Positions 39,677 to 49,405 of a stretch of DNA of 64,000 bases are shown one piece after another. Origin of the DNA: a virus; IMG/VR virus record IMGVR_UViG_3300025782_000011, positions 2,214 through 66,213 of that record, one strand, 5' to 3'. How positions within the stretch are numbered: position 1 is the first letter of the stretch; every line of letters starts with the position of its first letter. The position numbers and the translations under genes are program-made. Below the pieces are notes generated by a model, which saw only the letters and a program-made list of their open reading frames with translations, had not been told where the DNA came from and ran no database searches.

Positions 39677-40066
39677 CTATTGCTTTAATGCTGAAATTAG
39701 GTTAGCAATTTCCTTGTTAAAATCAACTACAACTTCTGCTTTGAGATCAATCTTTTGCTCTCTATCATTTTTGTAGTCTTCGGGGTATTGTCCTCGAAGT
39801 GCAATCTCTGCAACGCGTGAATTAAATGCCTTGTTTTCTATGTTGGCCAACATCATCATTTCCCAGTATGACTGACCATAAGTTGTAGCAAGATCCATAG
39901 TCTCTGCAAAGAATGGATCTTCTTTCTTTAATTTTAATGCAGTAGTTTTACTGATACCAATAGCAGCATACATCGATTTTTGAGATGCACCTTGCTTGCC
40001 TAAATCAACAATGATTTTGGCGTGGTCTTCTGTAAACTTAAATTTTTTTGTGGTAGGTTGTGCCAT
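39677..40066 (-). CDS. putative terminase small subunit (HTH)
   Basis: GASQKSMYAAIGISKTT...PFFAETM...YWE resembles TerS-type HTH proteins. Confidence 0.5.
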   Translation of the reverse strand: MAQPTTKKFKFTEDHAKIIVDLGKQGASQKSMYAAIGISKTTALKLKKEDPFFAETMDLATTYGQSYWEMMMLANIENKAFNSRVAEIALRGQYPEDYKNDREQKIDLKAEVVVDFNKEIANLISALKQ

Positions 40067-40208
40067 TCTTTATTCTTTCAATGACTGCTTGTTTTTTCTT
40101 TTCAGATAAATTGTACCACTCGACAATTTCGTCAACGTGGCGTTTGCATCCTACGCAATACTCTTTATCTAAACGGCAAACACCTTTGCAAGGGCTAAGA
40201 GTAGACAT
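40038..40208 (-). CDS. DUF1289-like small Cys protein, 56 aa, not in ORF track
   Basis: Translated by hand: MSTLSPCKGVCRLDKEYCVGCKRHVDEIVEWYNLSEKKKQAVIERIKNGTTYHKKI. Confidence 0.75.
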   Translation of the reverse strand: MSTLSPCKGVCRLDKEYCVGCKRHVDEIVEWYNLSEKKKQAVIERIKNGTTYHKKI

Positions 40209-40223
40209 AGGTTGTCCTATATC

Positions 40224-40254
40224 TACTAATGCACAAATTACTCTGTTTTCGCCC
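40224..40254 (-). promoter_or_regulatory. phage promoter motif GGGCG-N16-TGCATTAGTA
   Basis: Exact motif on the minus strand upstream of the DUF1289-like and TerS-like genes. Confidence 0.75.
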
Positions 40255-40435
40255 CATTGTCGGTCTTAACTGACATGCGCTCAATCTCGGCTTTACGAGC
40301 ACGCATCTCAGCCATAGCCTCATTGATAACGACGCGGGTTACGGCTGCGGCTAATTCTTGGCGCTTTTTCTCAATGTTCTCAGCGTTAGAAAAGCCGCCC
40401 TTTTCCATCATCTTATTTAATAGATCGGATGCCAT
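40238..40435 (-). CDS. hypothetical protein
   Basis: Coupled ORF in the operon. Confidence 0.5.
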   Translation of the reverse strand: MASDLLNKMMEKGGFSNAENIEKKRQELAAAVTRVVINEAMAEMRARKAEIERMSVKTDNGAKTE

Positions 40436-40686
40436 TATGCTGCTGGTGTTTCTTCTGCTGGAGCTGATGTAGTTGAAGCATCTGCTGTTGTAATGATGTC
40501 ACCATCTACCGGTGTTGCTTCACATGCTGCAAGTAATTCTTTAACTTGTGGATTACCTTGCGCTTGGATTTGTGAAATTAAGTCAGCTGATTTTGTGTAA
40601 GCTGTTTCACCTAAGATAGTTAATAATCTATTTACGTCGCTAACCTTTAAAGTTAGTGTTAAGTTTGAATTGCTAATATCGCTCAT
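40435..40686 (-). CDS. hypothetical protein
   Basis: RBS AGGAG, coupled ORF. Confidence 0.55.
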   Translation of the reverse strand: MSDISNSNLTLTLKVSDVNRLLTILGETAYTKSADLISQIQAQGNPQVKELLAACEATPVDGDIITTADASTTSAPAEETPAA

Positions 40687-40892
40687 TTAGTTCTCCTTTT
40701 ATCTAGTTCTCGTTGAATATACCATATTGCCTTTTCTAAGTCTTCAATGGCATCGTGTTTTAGATCTGCACGCCAGATGTATTTCACCGCATTCCCAAGA
40801 CAGAAGTTCATGTGTTCTGTAATTTGAATGCACTCTATACCGCTTTGATGTCCTGTATAATGTTTAGGATGGTTGACTGGATCATGTTTCAT
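40683..40892 (-). CDS. DUF3310 family protein
   Basis: DPVNHPKHY...IECI...FCLGNAVKYIWRA...EDLEKAIWY. Confidence 0.85.
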   Translation of the reverse strand: MKHDPVNHPKHYTGHQSGIECIQITEHMNFCLGNAVKYIWRADLKHDAIEDLEKAIWYIQRELDKRRTK

Positions 40893-41215
40893 ACGCTTAG
40901 CTCCTTCTTTATTTTCTCTAATCCTTTTTGGAAATGGTACCGCCAATATTTCTCAGTTACCGAAATATCATTATACGTGAGTCCATCCAAAAATGCTTCA
41001 AAAATAAACTGTTCTTTAGGATCTAGAATATTATCAATGATTTTTCTAACGTCATTGATATCTTCTGAATTCCATGGAAGCCAGCCCTCGGATGCCGGGA
41101 ATGCATAATGCGCCTCTTTTGAATCATCGCGCTCCATAATATCTGGATCTTCGTCTGATAGCCGAGGCAACATAGCATTAACCACATGCTTAGTTTCATT
41201 AGTAGTAGTTTTCAT
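40889..41215 (-). CDS. stand-alone sigma70 region-4-like protein
   Basis: IIDNILDPKEQFIF...GLTYNDI-SVTEKYWRYHFQKGLEKIKKEL aligns by eye with sigma region 4, with a ~4-residue deletion in the first HTH helix. Confidence 0.55.
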   Translation of the reverse strand: MKTTTNETKHVVNAMLPRLSDEDPDIMERDDSKEAHYAFPASEGWLPWNSEDINDVRKIIDNILDPKEQFIFEAFLDGLTYNDISVTEKYWRYHFQKGLEKIKKELSV

Positions 41216-41219
41216 CGTA

Positions 41220-42554
41220 CTATACTAATGCAAATTTTAAGGCATTTAGGACGGCATTTTGTAAATTTATTTTGCCCTCTAGCACTCCTATAACTTGGTT
41301 ATCGATACTATTTTCTATAGCTAAATGGTGGATAATGACGGGTTTTGTTTGACCTTGGCGGTGTATCCGAGCGTTGGCTTGAATATAGTTCTCGCTTGAC
41401 CATGGTAGGTCGTACCATACAATCTGTGCCGTCTCGCCTACGTTACACTGTAGGTTGATACCAATCCCTCCTGATTGGGGATGACAAAGTAACATAGGCA
41501 CCTTGCCATCACGCCAATCTTGATGGTTAATTTCGTCCAACATTTTTGCCTGTGGAAATCGTTCTTTGAGTTTTTGCAGGGAAGCCTTGAAGTGATAGAA
41601 GACCAACGTCGGCGCGTTCTCATCTAGCATGTCTTCCATAAAATCTATCTTGGCTGTGTGGATACACGTCCATGATCCGTCTTCTTTATATATTGATCCG
41701 GAAGTAAACTGCAGTAGTTTATTTGATAGAGTCGCGGCGGTTGGTGCTGTGATCGTCTCATCGCCAATTTCTAACACCATGTCATTGAGTAGCTTTTTAT
41801 ACTGCGCCTTTGAGTCTAGCCCTAAATAAATATTGTGGTAGATTTTAGTGATCTCTGGTAGCTTTAGATAGTCCTCAGCTTTTAGTGAGAAGCAAATGTC
41901 CTTGATCTTATCTTGGATGATAGTCTCTTGACCCTCACGTATGCCCCACTTATACACGACGCCAGTGTGCCAGTTCTTGTCAGTGGGCTCCATGTATTTT
42001 TGTCTAAAGCGTGTGATCGATGTCTCTAACCTTGCACCTAAATCTAATATGCCGACTTGACTCCACAAGTCGCCATATCCTTGAGGTGTAGGTGTGCCTG
42101 TGAGAATAACACGGCGCTTAAATGTTTTGAGTAGTGGTTTGAGTGCCTTGAATCTTTTAGTTGACGGATCTTTGAAGCGTGACGATTCATCGATGACTAA
42201 GTTGTCGAATGGTATTTTTAATTCTGTGAGCCAGACTACATTTTCCAAGTTAGTGATGTAGATGTCTGAGTCGCGCTGCAATGAAGCTGCCCGCTCTTTT
42301 GGATTGCCTAACACTTTGGATATGCGCAAATGTTTTAGGTGATCCCATTTTGATATCTCTTCAGTCCACACAGACTCTGCCACCTTCTTTGGTGCAATGA
42401 TCAGTGTGCGTCCTTTGAATTGTTCCGCGATGATAGTGAGCGTGGTTGTTGTCTTGCCCAGTCCAGGGGGTAAAAATAGTCCCAAATTGGGAATAGCTTT
42501 CGCTTTCTCAATAATATCTTTTTGGTATTGATGTAAGTTATTTCTGTTGAGCAT
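41220..42554 (-). CDS. SNF2-family helicase
   Basis: PPGLGKT, VIDESS, LTGTP, QANARIHRQGQ. Confidence 0.9.
   Translation of the reverse strand: MLNRNNLHQYQKDIIEKAKAIPNLGLFLPPGLGKTTTTLTIIAEQFKGRTLIIAPKKVAESVWTEEISKWDHLKHLRISKVLGNPKERAASLQRDSDIYITNLENVVWLTELKIPFDNLVIDESSRFKDPSTKRFKALKPLLKTFKRRVILTGTPTPQGYGDLWSQVGILDLGARLETSITRFRQKYMEPTDKNWHTGVVYKWGIREGQETIIQDKIKDICFSLKAEDYLKLPEITKIYHNIYLGLDSKAQYKKLLNDMVLEIGDETITAPTAATLSNKLLQFTSGSIYKEDGSWTCIHTAKIDFMEDMLDENAPTLVFYHFKASLQKLKERFPQAKMLDEINHQDWRDGKVPMLLCHPQSGGIGINLQCNVGETAQIVWYDLPWSSENYIQANARIHRQGQTKPVIIHHLAIENSIDNQVIGVLEGKINLQNAVLNALKFALV
41223..41232 (-). promoter_or_regulatory. TGCATTAGTA element without GGGCG
   Basis: Ends 7 nt before ATG 41215, the same spacing as at 24402. 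Confidence 0.6.
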
Positions 42555-42906
42555 GTAAGTGTTCCCAAATCCAGTCTGCTATTTTATACATTTCTTCCAT
42601 CGATGCGTTATCTTTTATTCTATTGGCGCGTTCTGATATAAATGCCACGTTACCTACCACGTATCCTTTATGTGGCAGTATACGATCTAGTGTTGGGGCA
42701 GTTTGTTTTTGTTTACCTTTACCTAAACCCGATTGACCCCACTCAAATGGAATTTTAAATATTGGACACTCATCGGTTGCGATAGATTCCAAATATTCTT
42801 TGGTTAAATTAAAGGGAAGGTTTTTTCTCTTTGCTCTACTTCTAGCATTGAAATAAAATCTATTTCTTATCTGTTTTTGTTTCGCTGTTAATTTTGATAA
42901 ACGCAT
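42538..42906 (-). CDS. HNH-like homing endonuclease
   Basis: ARSRAKRKNLPFNL...CPIF...PTLDRILPHKGYVVGNVAFISERANRIK. Confidence 0.75.
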   Translation of the reverse strand: MRLSKLTAKQKQIRNRFYFNARSRAKRKNLPFNLTKEYLESIATDECPIFKIPFEWGQSGLGKGKQKQTAPTLDRILPHKGYVVGNVAFISERANRIKDNASMEEMYKIADWIWEHLHAQQK

Positions 42907-43150
42907 CTATTTCTTCTTCACTAAACAGAACCGTTACCGTGAACCCCTGCTTTTCGAGTAGGCGGAATACGACTGACTGTCTTGGAGAGAGTCGGCCTGA
43001 CTTTGCCTTTAGTTCCACCAAGTGCACTTTTTTGTTTAGGAACGCTATCCTGTCTGGTACTCCCGTCACTGTGCTTATCCACTTGAACGTCAGACCCCCC
43101 GCTTTCTCCACTGAGTTTTTGAAGTATTTTTCTATGTGTTTTTCCAGCAT
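42860..43150 (-). CDS. VRR-NUC nuclease
   Basis: MLEKHIE...GVPDRI...VELKAKSGRLSPRQ. Confidence 0.85.
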   Translation of the reverse strand: MLEKHIEKYFKNSVEKAGGLTFKWISTVTGVPDRIAFLNKKVHLVELKAKSGRLSPRQSVVFRLLEKQGFTVTVLFSEEEIDAFIKINSETKTDKK

Positions 43151-43544
43151 TTTTTTCCTTTTCCATAACGCAAGCTTTGAATAGTTGACGGACAATTGAC
43201 TCTGATAAGTACGCACGTGTTTCCTCTGTAAATATTTCCTCTTCACCGATGTAGTCACTGATGCGTTCTATAATATGCACTGTCTCATGGGCAATCGTTG
43301 CCACCATCTCATCAACGCTGTCATGCATATCATCTAAATTAAATACGACGACAATGATGCCTTTCTTGCCAGTGTCAAAATAGTGTGTCTCGGCTACACC
43401 TGTCTGGAGTGCCGTGATGTTTTGATCTGTGATGTTTTGATCGCGTAAGATATCTTGGAATTGCGTGTCATTAAAACACAACTTAACGCAACGTGGAAAG
43501 AATCCTATGTCTACATTGTAGTAACTATACTCTTTTGGTTTCAT
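42921..43544 (-). CDS. HExxH-containing hypothetical protein
   Basis: IAHETVH...EETRAY. The C-terminal tail overlaps VRR-NUC in another frame. Confidence 0.55.
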   Translation of the reverse strand: MKPKEYSYYNVDIGFFPRCVKLCFNDTQFQDILRDQNITDQNITALQTGVAETHYFDTGKKGIIVVVFNLDDMHDSVDEMVATIAHETVHIIERISDYIGEEEIFTEETRAYLSESIVRQLFKACVMEKEKNAGKTHRKILQKLSGESGGSDVQVDKHSDGSTRQDSVPKQKSALGGTKGKVRPTLSKTVSRIPPTRKAGVHGNGSV

Positions 43545-43800
43545 GCTTTAGGATCTCCTTTAGATCACGTTTAGCTGTATCATCAATCGTGGACGATGGC
43601 AGAATAGGATTTAAAAACCGTTCAATCGCGGCGGTGATTGGGTAACTGATTTCATACCATTCTCGATCGAGTGTTTCGTTTAGTATTTTTTCTCGGTGCG
43701 TTGGTGTCCACCCTGTCACGATGGTTGTCCACTTGCTTCCTCTTTGTACTTCGACCGCTACGTTCCTGTGGTAGTTCATCAGCACTCTGGCCATTTTCAT
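43525..43800 (-). CDS. hypothetical protein
   Basis: Coupled ORF in the replication operon. Confidence 0.5.
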   Translation of the reverse strand: MKMARVLMNYHRNVAVEVQRGSKWTTIVTGWTPTHREKILNETLDREWYEISYPITAAIERFLNPILPSSTIDDTAKRDLKEILKHETKRV

Positions 43801-44014
43801 ACTCCGTCGTTATGTTTATCCAAATACCATCGCGTAGGTGTTGCAGTACGCGCTCTCCGTTTGATCTAACAACCCATCTAAGCTCCATCGTCTTCACCAT
43901 ATTTGTAATTGATGTCTTGAATGGTCTCAATTAAAAAGACTAATATGTAACCAATCCACCACAAATAACTTGCATGGTAGTTGTAAAGCAAAAACGCTGT
44001 CATTAATTCAACCA

Positions 44015-46333
44015 TTAAAAATCTCCCTCATCAAATGACACAATGCTGTTGACGTATCGTTGAGCACTGTCTGTTAATTTAATGCCACGATACACGTGAC
44101 TGCGTACACCATTTTGTCTTTCGACACCGACTTCAATATTGTACTCTTGTGTTGCTGCCAAGAAGCGTCGTTTAAATGCAAGCTCACTGCCGGGTGGAAT
44201 CTTACGTTTGATCGCCCAACGTGAGTAACATGCAAACACATCATCTTTTGACACCGCGGCGTCTGCCTCAAATACAAGCGCGTCTTCTACGAATGTACCG
44301 ATTGGGTTTCCTAATTCGGTCATAAGTTCTAGGTAGGCGCTACCTGATTTAGGTTGTACAAAATAACCACCACGCTCTAATCGACGACGTAATCCTTCCA
44401 TCGCCCAGTTAAAGATGCCACTGAGTTCTTTGGATAACTTATACGCAAGCTCTGTATCCTCTTTGTTGTAGAATGTTTTGGTCATCTTCAACACGATCAT
44501 TCGTCCTGTGAGGGCGTTTGAGTTTTCGGTAAGTTGGAGGACTTCGTTTGAATAAATAACAATTCGCGTAGGGAGGTATCCGTTCCAAGCTTCTTTATTC
44601 TTACGATTAACAGTAACGGTATCGCCACCAACAATACGAAGCAGCTGAGAAACAACGGCATTGCGATTTCGTTCGGGAGCACGTGCGTCAGTGAAACTAG
44701 CAAGCAACTTGTTAAGCCAAGGCTGTAAGCCAAAAGTATCGCATAGCTCACCCAACTCAGGAGCGACGGTATTGTGCTGACCCAAGAGTGATACCAGCAC
44801 TTTATTAATAGTGCCTTTTCCAGATCTACGTGGCCCGATGATGTTGAAGAATTTCTGTTGACGCGTGTCGCCCGATAAAATGTATCCAAACATCTCTTGC
44901 AAGGTTTCGATTGAGTCATTGTCATTTTCCCATACTGATTTTAAAAAGTTTATCCACACTGGACACTCTGCATTTTGATCGTACTGGAATGCTAAAGAGT
45001 TCTGTGTAAAGAATCCCAATGAGTGCGGAATCAATACGCGATCCTCAACATGGAACAATCCATTTTGGAGTGATATCAATTTGGATGCATCTGGTTTATC
45101 TTTCTTATACTTATCAAACCAAATCGGTGGTCTTGTGTTTGCATGGTTAGGTAAGTGCACGATTGATTTAAGTGCATCCATCGCAGCACTCACTGACGCT
45201 GGTGTTGGGTTGAATGGTTGTATCTCTTGCTTACGTCCTATTTTTTTGCAGTGATCTAAGAATTTATAAATGTCTGATCTCACTGTGAGTTCTTCAATTG
45301 GTTCGTAGTGTGTCTTGTCGTGAATATAAAAGTCCTCTGCGTAGTGAACTAATCGATAGCCTTCCTCTGAGTTGTAGAAGTTATCTAGAAACTTACGTGC
45401 ATGTGACATGACATTATTATCGAGGATCGTCTCACCTCGATCTAATGCCTCTTGCAACTTTTTTTGATTGACCTCAAATATCAAAGAGCGGAGAGTGGCG
45501 CCCGAACCCTTAAACGTGCGCCACTTGCTCTCACAACTGTTGAGGCCAGTTGTTTGGTACTTATGCGATTGGCTTGACCATCGATCCCACAACTCACACC
45601 ACTCAATGTCACCCTGACCTTGATGGTGGAGTATGGCACCGATTTTCAACCATTCTGCGTATCCCGTATCGGGAGAATAATTTGGTAAGATCTCTGCCTC
45701 TACCTTAGCGATGTCGTAATTTTCTACAGGCGGTGTGTAGTCATTAAACGCGTCGCCTGTTTTACTAATCTGTCTTTGTGGCACGATGGCGGTCACGTCT
45801 TGTTCTGTTGCTGGAATCGTGCCTGAGATATGGTGACCTGTTACGGTAAAGTATCGTGCGTGCGGATATACTTCTAAACCGATCGAATGATCCACGTGCG
45901 CATTTTGTATTGAGGCGCGTGTGAATATCTTGACACCCGTGCCTGATGGTGAGACTTCCATATACCCGTTGAGTCGCGACGCAATGTCCTGGGATGGCGG
46001 GGAAGTGAATTGATGTGTGGTTGGATCGAGGCAGTCGTCTAGGTCTATGCCAACGAGGTTATCTTCTGTGGAGAAGACAAAGCCCACGCCGTCAAACTTG
46101 CCGGGGTTTGACTCGTAGGCATGTTGGACAGTCACGAAGGATGACCACTGATCTTGGTTTGTAGATGACGCTGACTGACCATTGGGCTGCATTGGCAACT
46201 TAGACCAGCGCTTGGTTGTCTCATCGCCAACTTGGACGAGACGCCAGAGTACCCACCTGTCTATTTGTTTGAGTTCGATGGGTATATTATTAAATTGCAC
46301 AGGTAACGTCTGTGGCTTGGTGGTGTCGTTCAT
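44015..46333 (-). CDS. primase-polymerase / D5-type SF3 helicase
   Basis: GIDLDDC...EVSPSGTGVK prim-pol, PriCT-2-like YAEWLKIGAILH...WDRWS, Walker A GPRRSGKGT. Confidence 0.9.
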   Translation of the reverse strand: MNDTTKPQTLPVQFNNIPIELKQIDRWVLWRLVQVGDETTKRWSKLPMQPNGQSASSTNQDQWSSFVTVQHAYESNPGKFDGVGFVFSTEDNLVGIDLDDCLDPTTHQFTSPPSQDIASRLNGYMEVSPSGTGVKIFTRASIQNAHVDHSIGLEVYPHARYFTVTGHHISGTIPATEQDVTAIVPQRQISKTGDAFNDYTPPVENYDIAKVEAEILPNYSPDTGYAEWLKIGAILHHQGQGDIEWCELWDRWSSQSHKYQTTGLNSCESKWRTFKGSGATLRSLIFEVNQKKLQEALDRGETILDNNVMSHARKFLDNFYNSEEGYRLVHYAEDFYIHDKTHYEPIEELTVRSDIYKFLDHCKKIGRKQEIQPFNPTPASVSAAMDALKSIVHLPNHANTRPPIWFDKYKKDKPDASKLISLQNGLFHVEDRVLIPHSLGFFTQNSLAFQYDQNAECPVWINFLKSVWENDNDSIETLQEMFGYILSGDTRQQKFFNIIGPRRSGKGTINKVLVSLLGQHNTVAPELGELCDTFGLQPWLNKLLASFTDARAPERNRNAVVSQLLRIVGGDTVTVNRKNKEAWNGYLPTRIVIYSNEVLQLTENSNALTGRMIVLKMTKTFYNKEDTELAYKLSKELSGIFNWAMEGLRRRLERGGYFVQPKSGSAYLELMTELGNPIGTFVEDALVFEADAAVSKDDVFACYSRWAIKRKIPPGSELAFKRRFLAATQEYNIEVGVERQNGVRSHVYRGIKLTDSAQRYVNSIVSFDEGDF

Positions 46334-46354
46334 AAGGGTTTCTTTCTGTTGTTG

Positions 46355-46843
46355 TTATTCTTCTAGTTTAATTTTGCCTATGTAACTAAATCCATCAATG
46401 TGTGAATCATTTAATCCAAAAACAATATCACCTTTTTTTGTGCCCACTTCCAATAAAAAAGCATACAAATATTGAGGCTCTTTATTTTCTCTTTTTAATA
46501 TAGTAAAGGTTTCAATAGGGATATCTTTTCTTTTATAGGCGTTGTCACGACCTAATTTATATCCTGCTATCCATGCCTGCCACATTTTTTCATCATCATA
46601 TTTAAGTTCACACATGCTAGGACTTTGTAAAAATACTCTTTCATACCACCATGTAAACTCTTCATTTGGTTCTGGGTTCATTTCTTTAGGTTGTGGTTTA
46701 ATGCGGTATTCCCAATGAGTTGCATCCCAAATTGGAGTTTCAACATATTGCCATTCTTCATTTTCATCAGATAACCATTTAGCTTCAATCTTTTTACCTT
46801 CAGCCCATGCTTTTATTTCTTTATGCCATTTATGTTGTTTCAT
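46355..46843 (-). CDS. hypothetical protein
   Basis: HKWHKEIKAWAEG...PIW...EYRIKP phage pattern. Confidence 0.6.
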   Translation of the reverse strand: MKQHKWHKEIKAWAEGKKIEAKWLSDENEEWQYVETPIWDATHWEYRIKPQPKEMNPEPNEEFTWWYERVFLQSPSMCELKYDDEKMWQAWIAGYKLGRDNAYKRKDIPIETFTILKRENKEPQYLYAFLLEVGTKKGDIVFGLNDSHIDGFSYIGKIKLEE

Positions 46844-47076
46844 AACATGCTCCTTACCTTTTTAAATACTTCTCGTCTATCACTAAATTTAACTTTGCCT
46901 TGTATTTCAACAGGACTAAAAAATGCAGTCCATCCATGATCAGCATGAAATGTTCCTGTAACCTTTTTACCGTTAATAGTATCAAAATAAATCCAAGGAT
47001 AATTGGCAGCAAAGGTTACATCTATACCTAATTTATTGAGTCTATGCACAAATGTTTTTATTCGATATTCATTCAT
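46840..47076 (-). CDS. hypothetical protein
   Basis: RLNKLGIDV...NYPWIY. Confidence 0.55.
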   Translation of the reverse strand: MNEYRIKTFVHRLNKLGIDVTFAANYPWIYFDTINGKKVTGTFHADHGWTAFFSPVEIQGKVKFSDRREVFKKVRSML

Positions 47077-47097
47077 TTATCTTCCCCCTTATGCCAT

Positions 47098-47313
47098 TTA
47101 TGTTGTTTTATTTTGTTTCTCCACTTTTGCTATTTTCTTTTTGAGCCAAAGATAATCAGCCATTGCGTCACCTTTACCCTTGTCATACCAATTTAAAGCT
47201 TGTTTGCTAAATAACTTTCTAATAATCCAAGGCAAGCTTGCATGGAATTGCAACATACTTAATTCAAGCTTTCCTTCTATTAGATTCATTTTTTGTTTTC
47301 TAGTAAGTTTCAT
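47098..47313 (-). CDS. hypothetical protein
   Basis: RBS AAGG, same strand as the operon. Confidence 0.5.
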   Translation of the reverse strand: MKLTRKQKMNLIEGKLELSMLQFHASLPWIIRKLFSKQALNWYDKGKGDAMADYLWLKKKIAKVEKQNKTT

Positions 47314-47479
47314 TTATATTTACCTTTTAAATTGCGCATTTTGTCATATATTCTCTTATTTTTGTCAGACGTACGCTTTTTTATATGTCTGCCATTAAAC
47401 AGGAGTCTACCACACAATTTTCTAATTTGGTACACAATCATTTTGCATTTGCCTATTTTTTAATCAGATGTTAAGCCAA

Positions 47480-47707
47480 AAAGACACAGAAGACATAGAA
47501 GACAGGGTACGTGTTTTGTCGCTTTTTGGATAGTTTTCCAATTTCTCATTTTCCAAGTGATTGATTAATAACATCTTATTTTTTACCGAGCCATAGAAGA
47601 CACAGAAGACACCCTTTATTCCAGTTTTTTAGTTTTTTTAATAAAATAAAAAATAAAAGATACGGATAAAGTGCGTTTATACTGTGTCTTCTATGTCTTC
47701 TGTGTCT
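47480..47707. repeat. iteron-like element A, putative replication origin
   Basis: Three clusters of tandem 9-mers AGAAGACAY (two direct, one inverted) around an AT tract. Confidence 0.75.
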
Positions 47708-47812
47708 CCAAATTCATTATAGTAACATTCAATGTAGGGGAATATGATCCTACAAGCAAAATATACCGACAAAATGATGACATACCATTTAGCGACCTGC
47801 CACCATGTCTTT

Positions 47813-48064
47813 TCATCGTCTAACTTCATAGCCTTTGTCCCCCATTAAATTATATGCCCACTTCTTAAACGCTTCATTGTTCTCGTCGTTATGTTCATCC
47901 CTGTCATCCCATAATGCCTGAATGATAAATTCACCCTTTTCATCATGAAATTCTATTTTGAGTAGGTGTTTTGTAACTGGGTCAAATATATCTGTGGGAA
48001 TCGCCACACCTTTCGGTGCGGTTAATTCCTCAATGATGTCTGCTGTTAATCTTTGCTCTGTCAT
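47813..48064 (-). CDS. hypothetical protein
   Basis: Follows the glycosyltransferase gene. Confidence 0.55.
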   Translation of the reverse strand: MTEQRLTADIIEELTAPKGVAIPTDIFDPVTKHLLKIEFHDEKGEFIIQALWDDRDEHNDENNEAFKKWAYNLMGDKGYEVRR

Positions 48065-48065
48065 A

Positions 48066-48812
48066 TTAATTGCTCACTATTGAACCACTGAACGTATACG
48101 TGCCAGTGTGTGTTAAAGATACCCAAGGTGCTGCCCAAACTTTATAGCCATGCTTCCTTGCCAATTTACAGAAGTGATAATCTTCTGATAGTAGTTTATT
48201 ATCATCAGGATCAATCGATGTGTCAAAGAATTGATGAATGATCTTTGGTTTGCGTTCTGTATCAATCGCAGCGTACATATCTGATGTGTATGTCGGTACA
48301 TGCTTCATCAGTCCTTCAAATACTTTACGCTTGATTAACATGTAGCCCGTACCACCGCTTACGATTTCTAATGGTTCGTTAATTTTACCTGTTGCTGATT
48401 TGTTATCAACTAACAACACAACAAATTCGCCTGTGTGTTTGTGCAAGTCTGCAAAAGGTACACCATCCTTGACTGCCTTCTCAACTTTGATCCAGTTAAT
48501 CTCTTTCTTTGGATACAAACCGCACACAATGTCTTTGTCTGCTGAAATCATATCAGGAATATGTTTTGGATCGAATCCAATATCTGCGTCGATGAATAAT
48601 AAGTGTGAGCAGTCGCTCTTGATAAAGTCGTGCGCTAAACTATCACGCGCTCTTGTAATGAGTGATTCGTTCATCATGAATGAATAATGCATCTTGATAC
48701 CTTGCGTCATCATCATGTGAACCAGATTGGCTAAACCAATAGCATGCGTGCCAGTACACATACCACCATACATGGGCGTTGCTACAAATATCTTGGCGTC
48801 TTGCGGTTTCAT
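48066..48812 (-). CDS. GT-A fold glycosyltransferase-like protein
   Basis: VATPMYGG, ESLITRARD, LFIDADI, LSEDYHFC. Confidence 0.75.
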   Translation of the reverse strand: MKPQDAKIFVATPMYGGMCTGTHAIGLANLVHMMMTQGIKMHYSFMMNESLITRARDSLAHDFIKSDCSHLLFIDADIGFDPKHIPDMISADKDIVCGLYPKKEINWIKVEKAVKDGVPFADLHKHTGEFVVLLVDNKSATGKINEPLEIVSGGTGYMLIKRKVFEGLMKHVPTYTSDMYAAIDTERKPKIIHQFFDTSIDPDDNKLLSEDYHFCKLARKHGYKVWAAPWVSLTHTGTYTFSGSIVSN

Positions 48813-49405
48813 ATTTTTCTTACTCCTAGTTGATAATTATTAATAATGATTTCATACTGCTTTGCAAATACTTTTAAGAAGGCATCGACGCCAATCTTTG
48901 GTTGGTTTAATTCGCCTGGGATGTCAGTCCAAAGGTAATCATCAAACAACATGATACCGCCTTTGTTTAATAATGGCCATGCCATGCATGCATCGGTGAG
49001 TGTATCGTAGCCAGTATGTGATCCATCGATGTAGATAAAATCAAACTTGGCATCTTGTTTAATAAGATCTGTTAATCCATGGTATGACATCTTTGGTATG
49101 GCTATGTATTTTTGACCTACACCAATCACTTCAGACACATTACCTACGAATGTTTGATAGAGGTGAGTTAGATTCATATGCTCATGTTCTACACTGCCTT
49201 CAAATGTATCGATGCAGGTGATGCTCGAACCATATGGTTCTAATCCATTTTGAATGAGCCACGTTGTAGCTCTACCTTCAAAACATCCTATCTCCAAAAA
49301 TCTTGTTTTATTGTTTAATGTTTTCATGCAAAGTTCCATGTTTGGAATATTGAATGAAAACCAGTCTGTTGTAAAATTCATTTTGTTGTCCTTAATTGAG
49401 TCCAT
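48809..49405 (-). CDS. class I SAM-dependent methyltransferase, Methyltransf_24 type
   Basis: LEIGCFEG, CIDTFEG, FDFIYIDGSH, FDDY. Confidence 0.85.
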   Translation of the reverse strand: MDSIKDNKMNFTTDWFSFNIPNMELCMKTLNNKTRFLEIGCFEGRATTWLIQNGLEPYGSSITCIDTFEGSVEHEHMNLTHLYQTFVGNVSEVIGVGQKYIAIPKMSYHGLTDLIKQDAKFDFIYIDGSHTGYDTLTDACMAWPLLNKGGIMLFDDYLWTDIPGELNQPKIGVDAFLKVFAKQYEIIINNYQLGVRKI

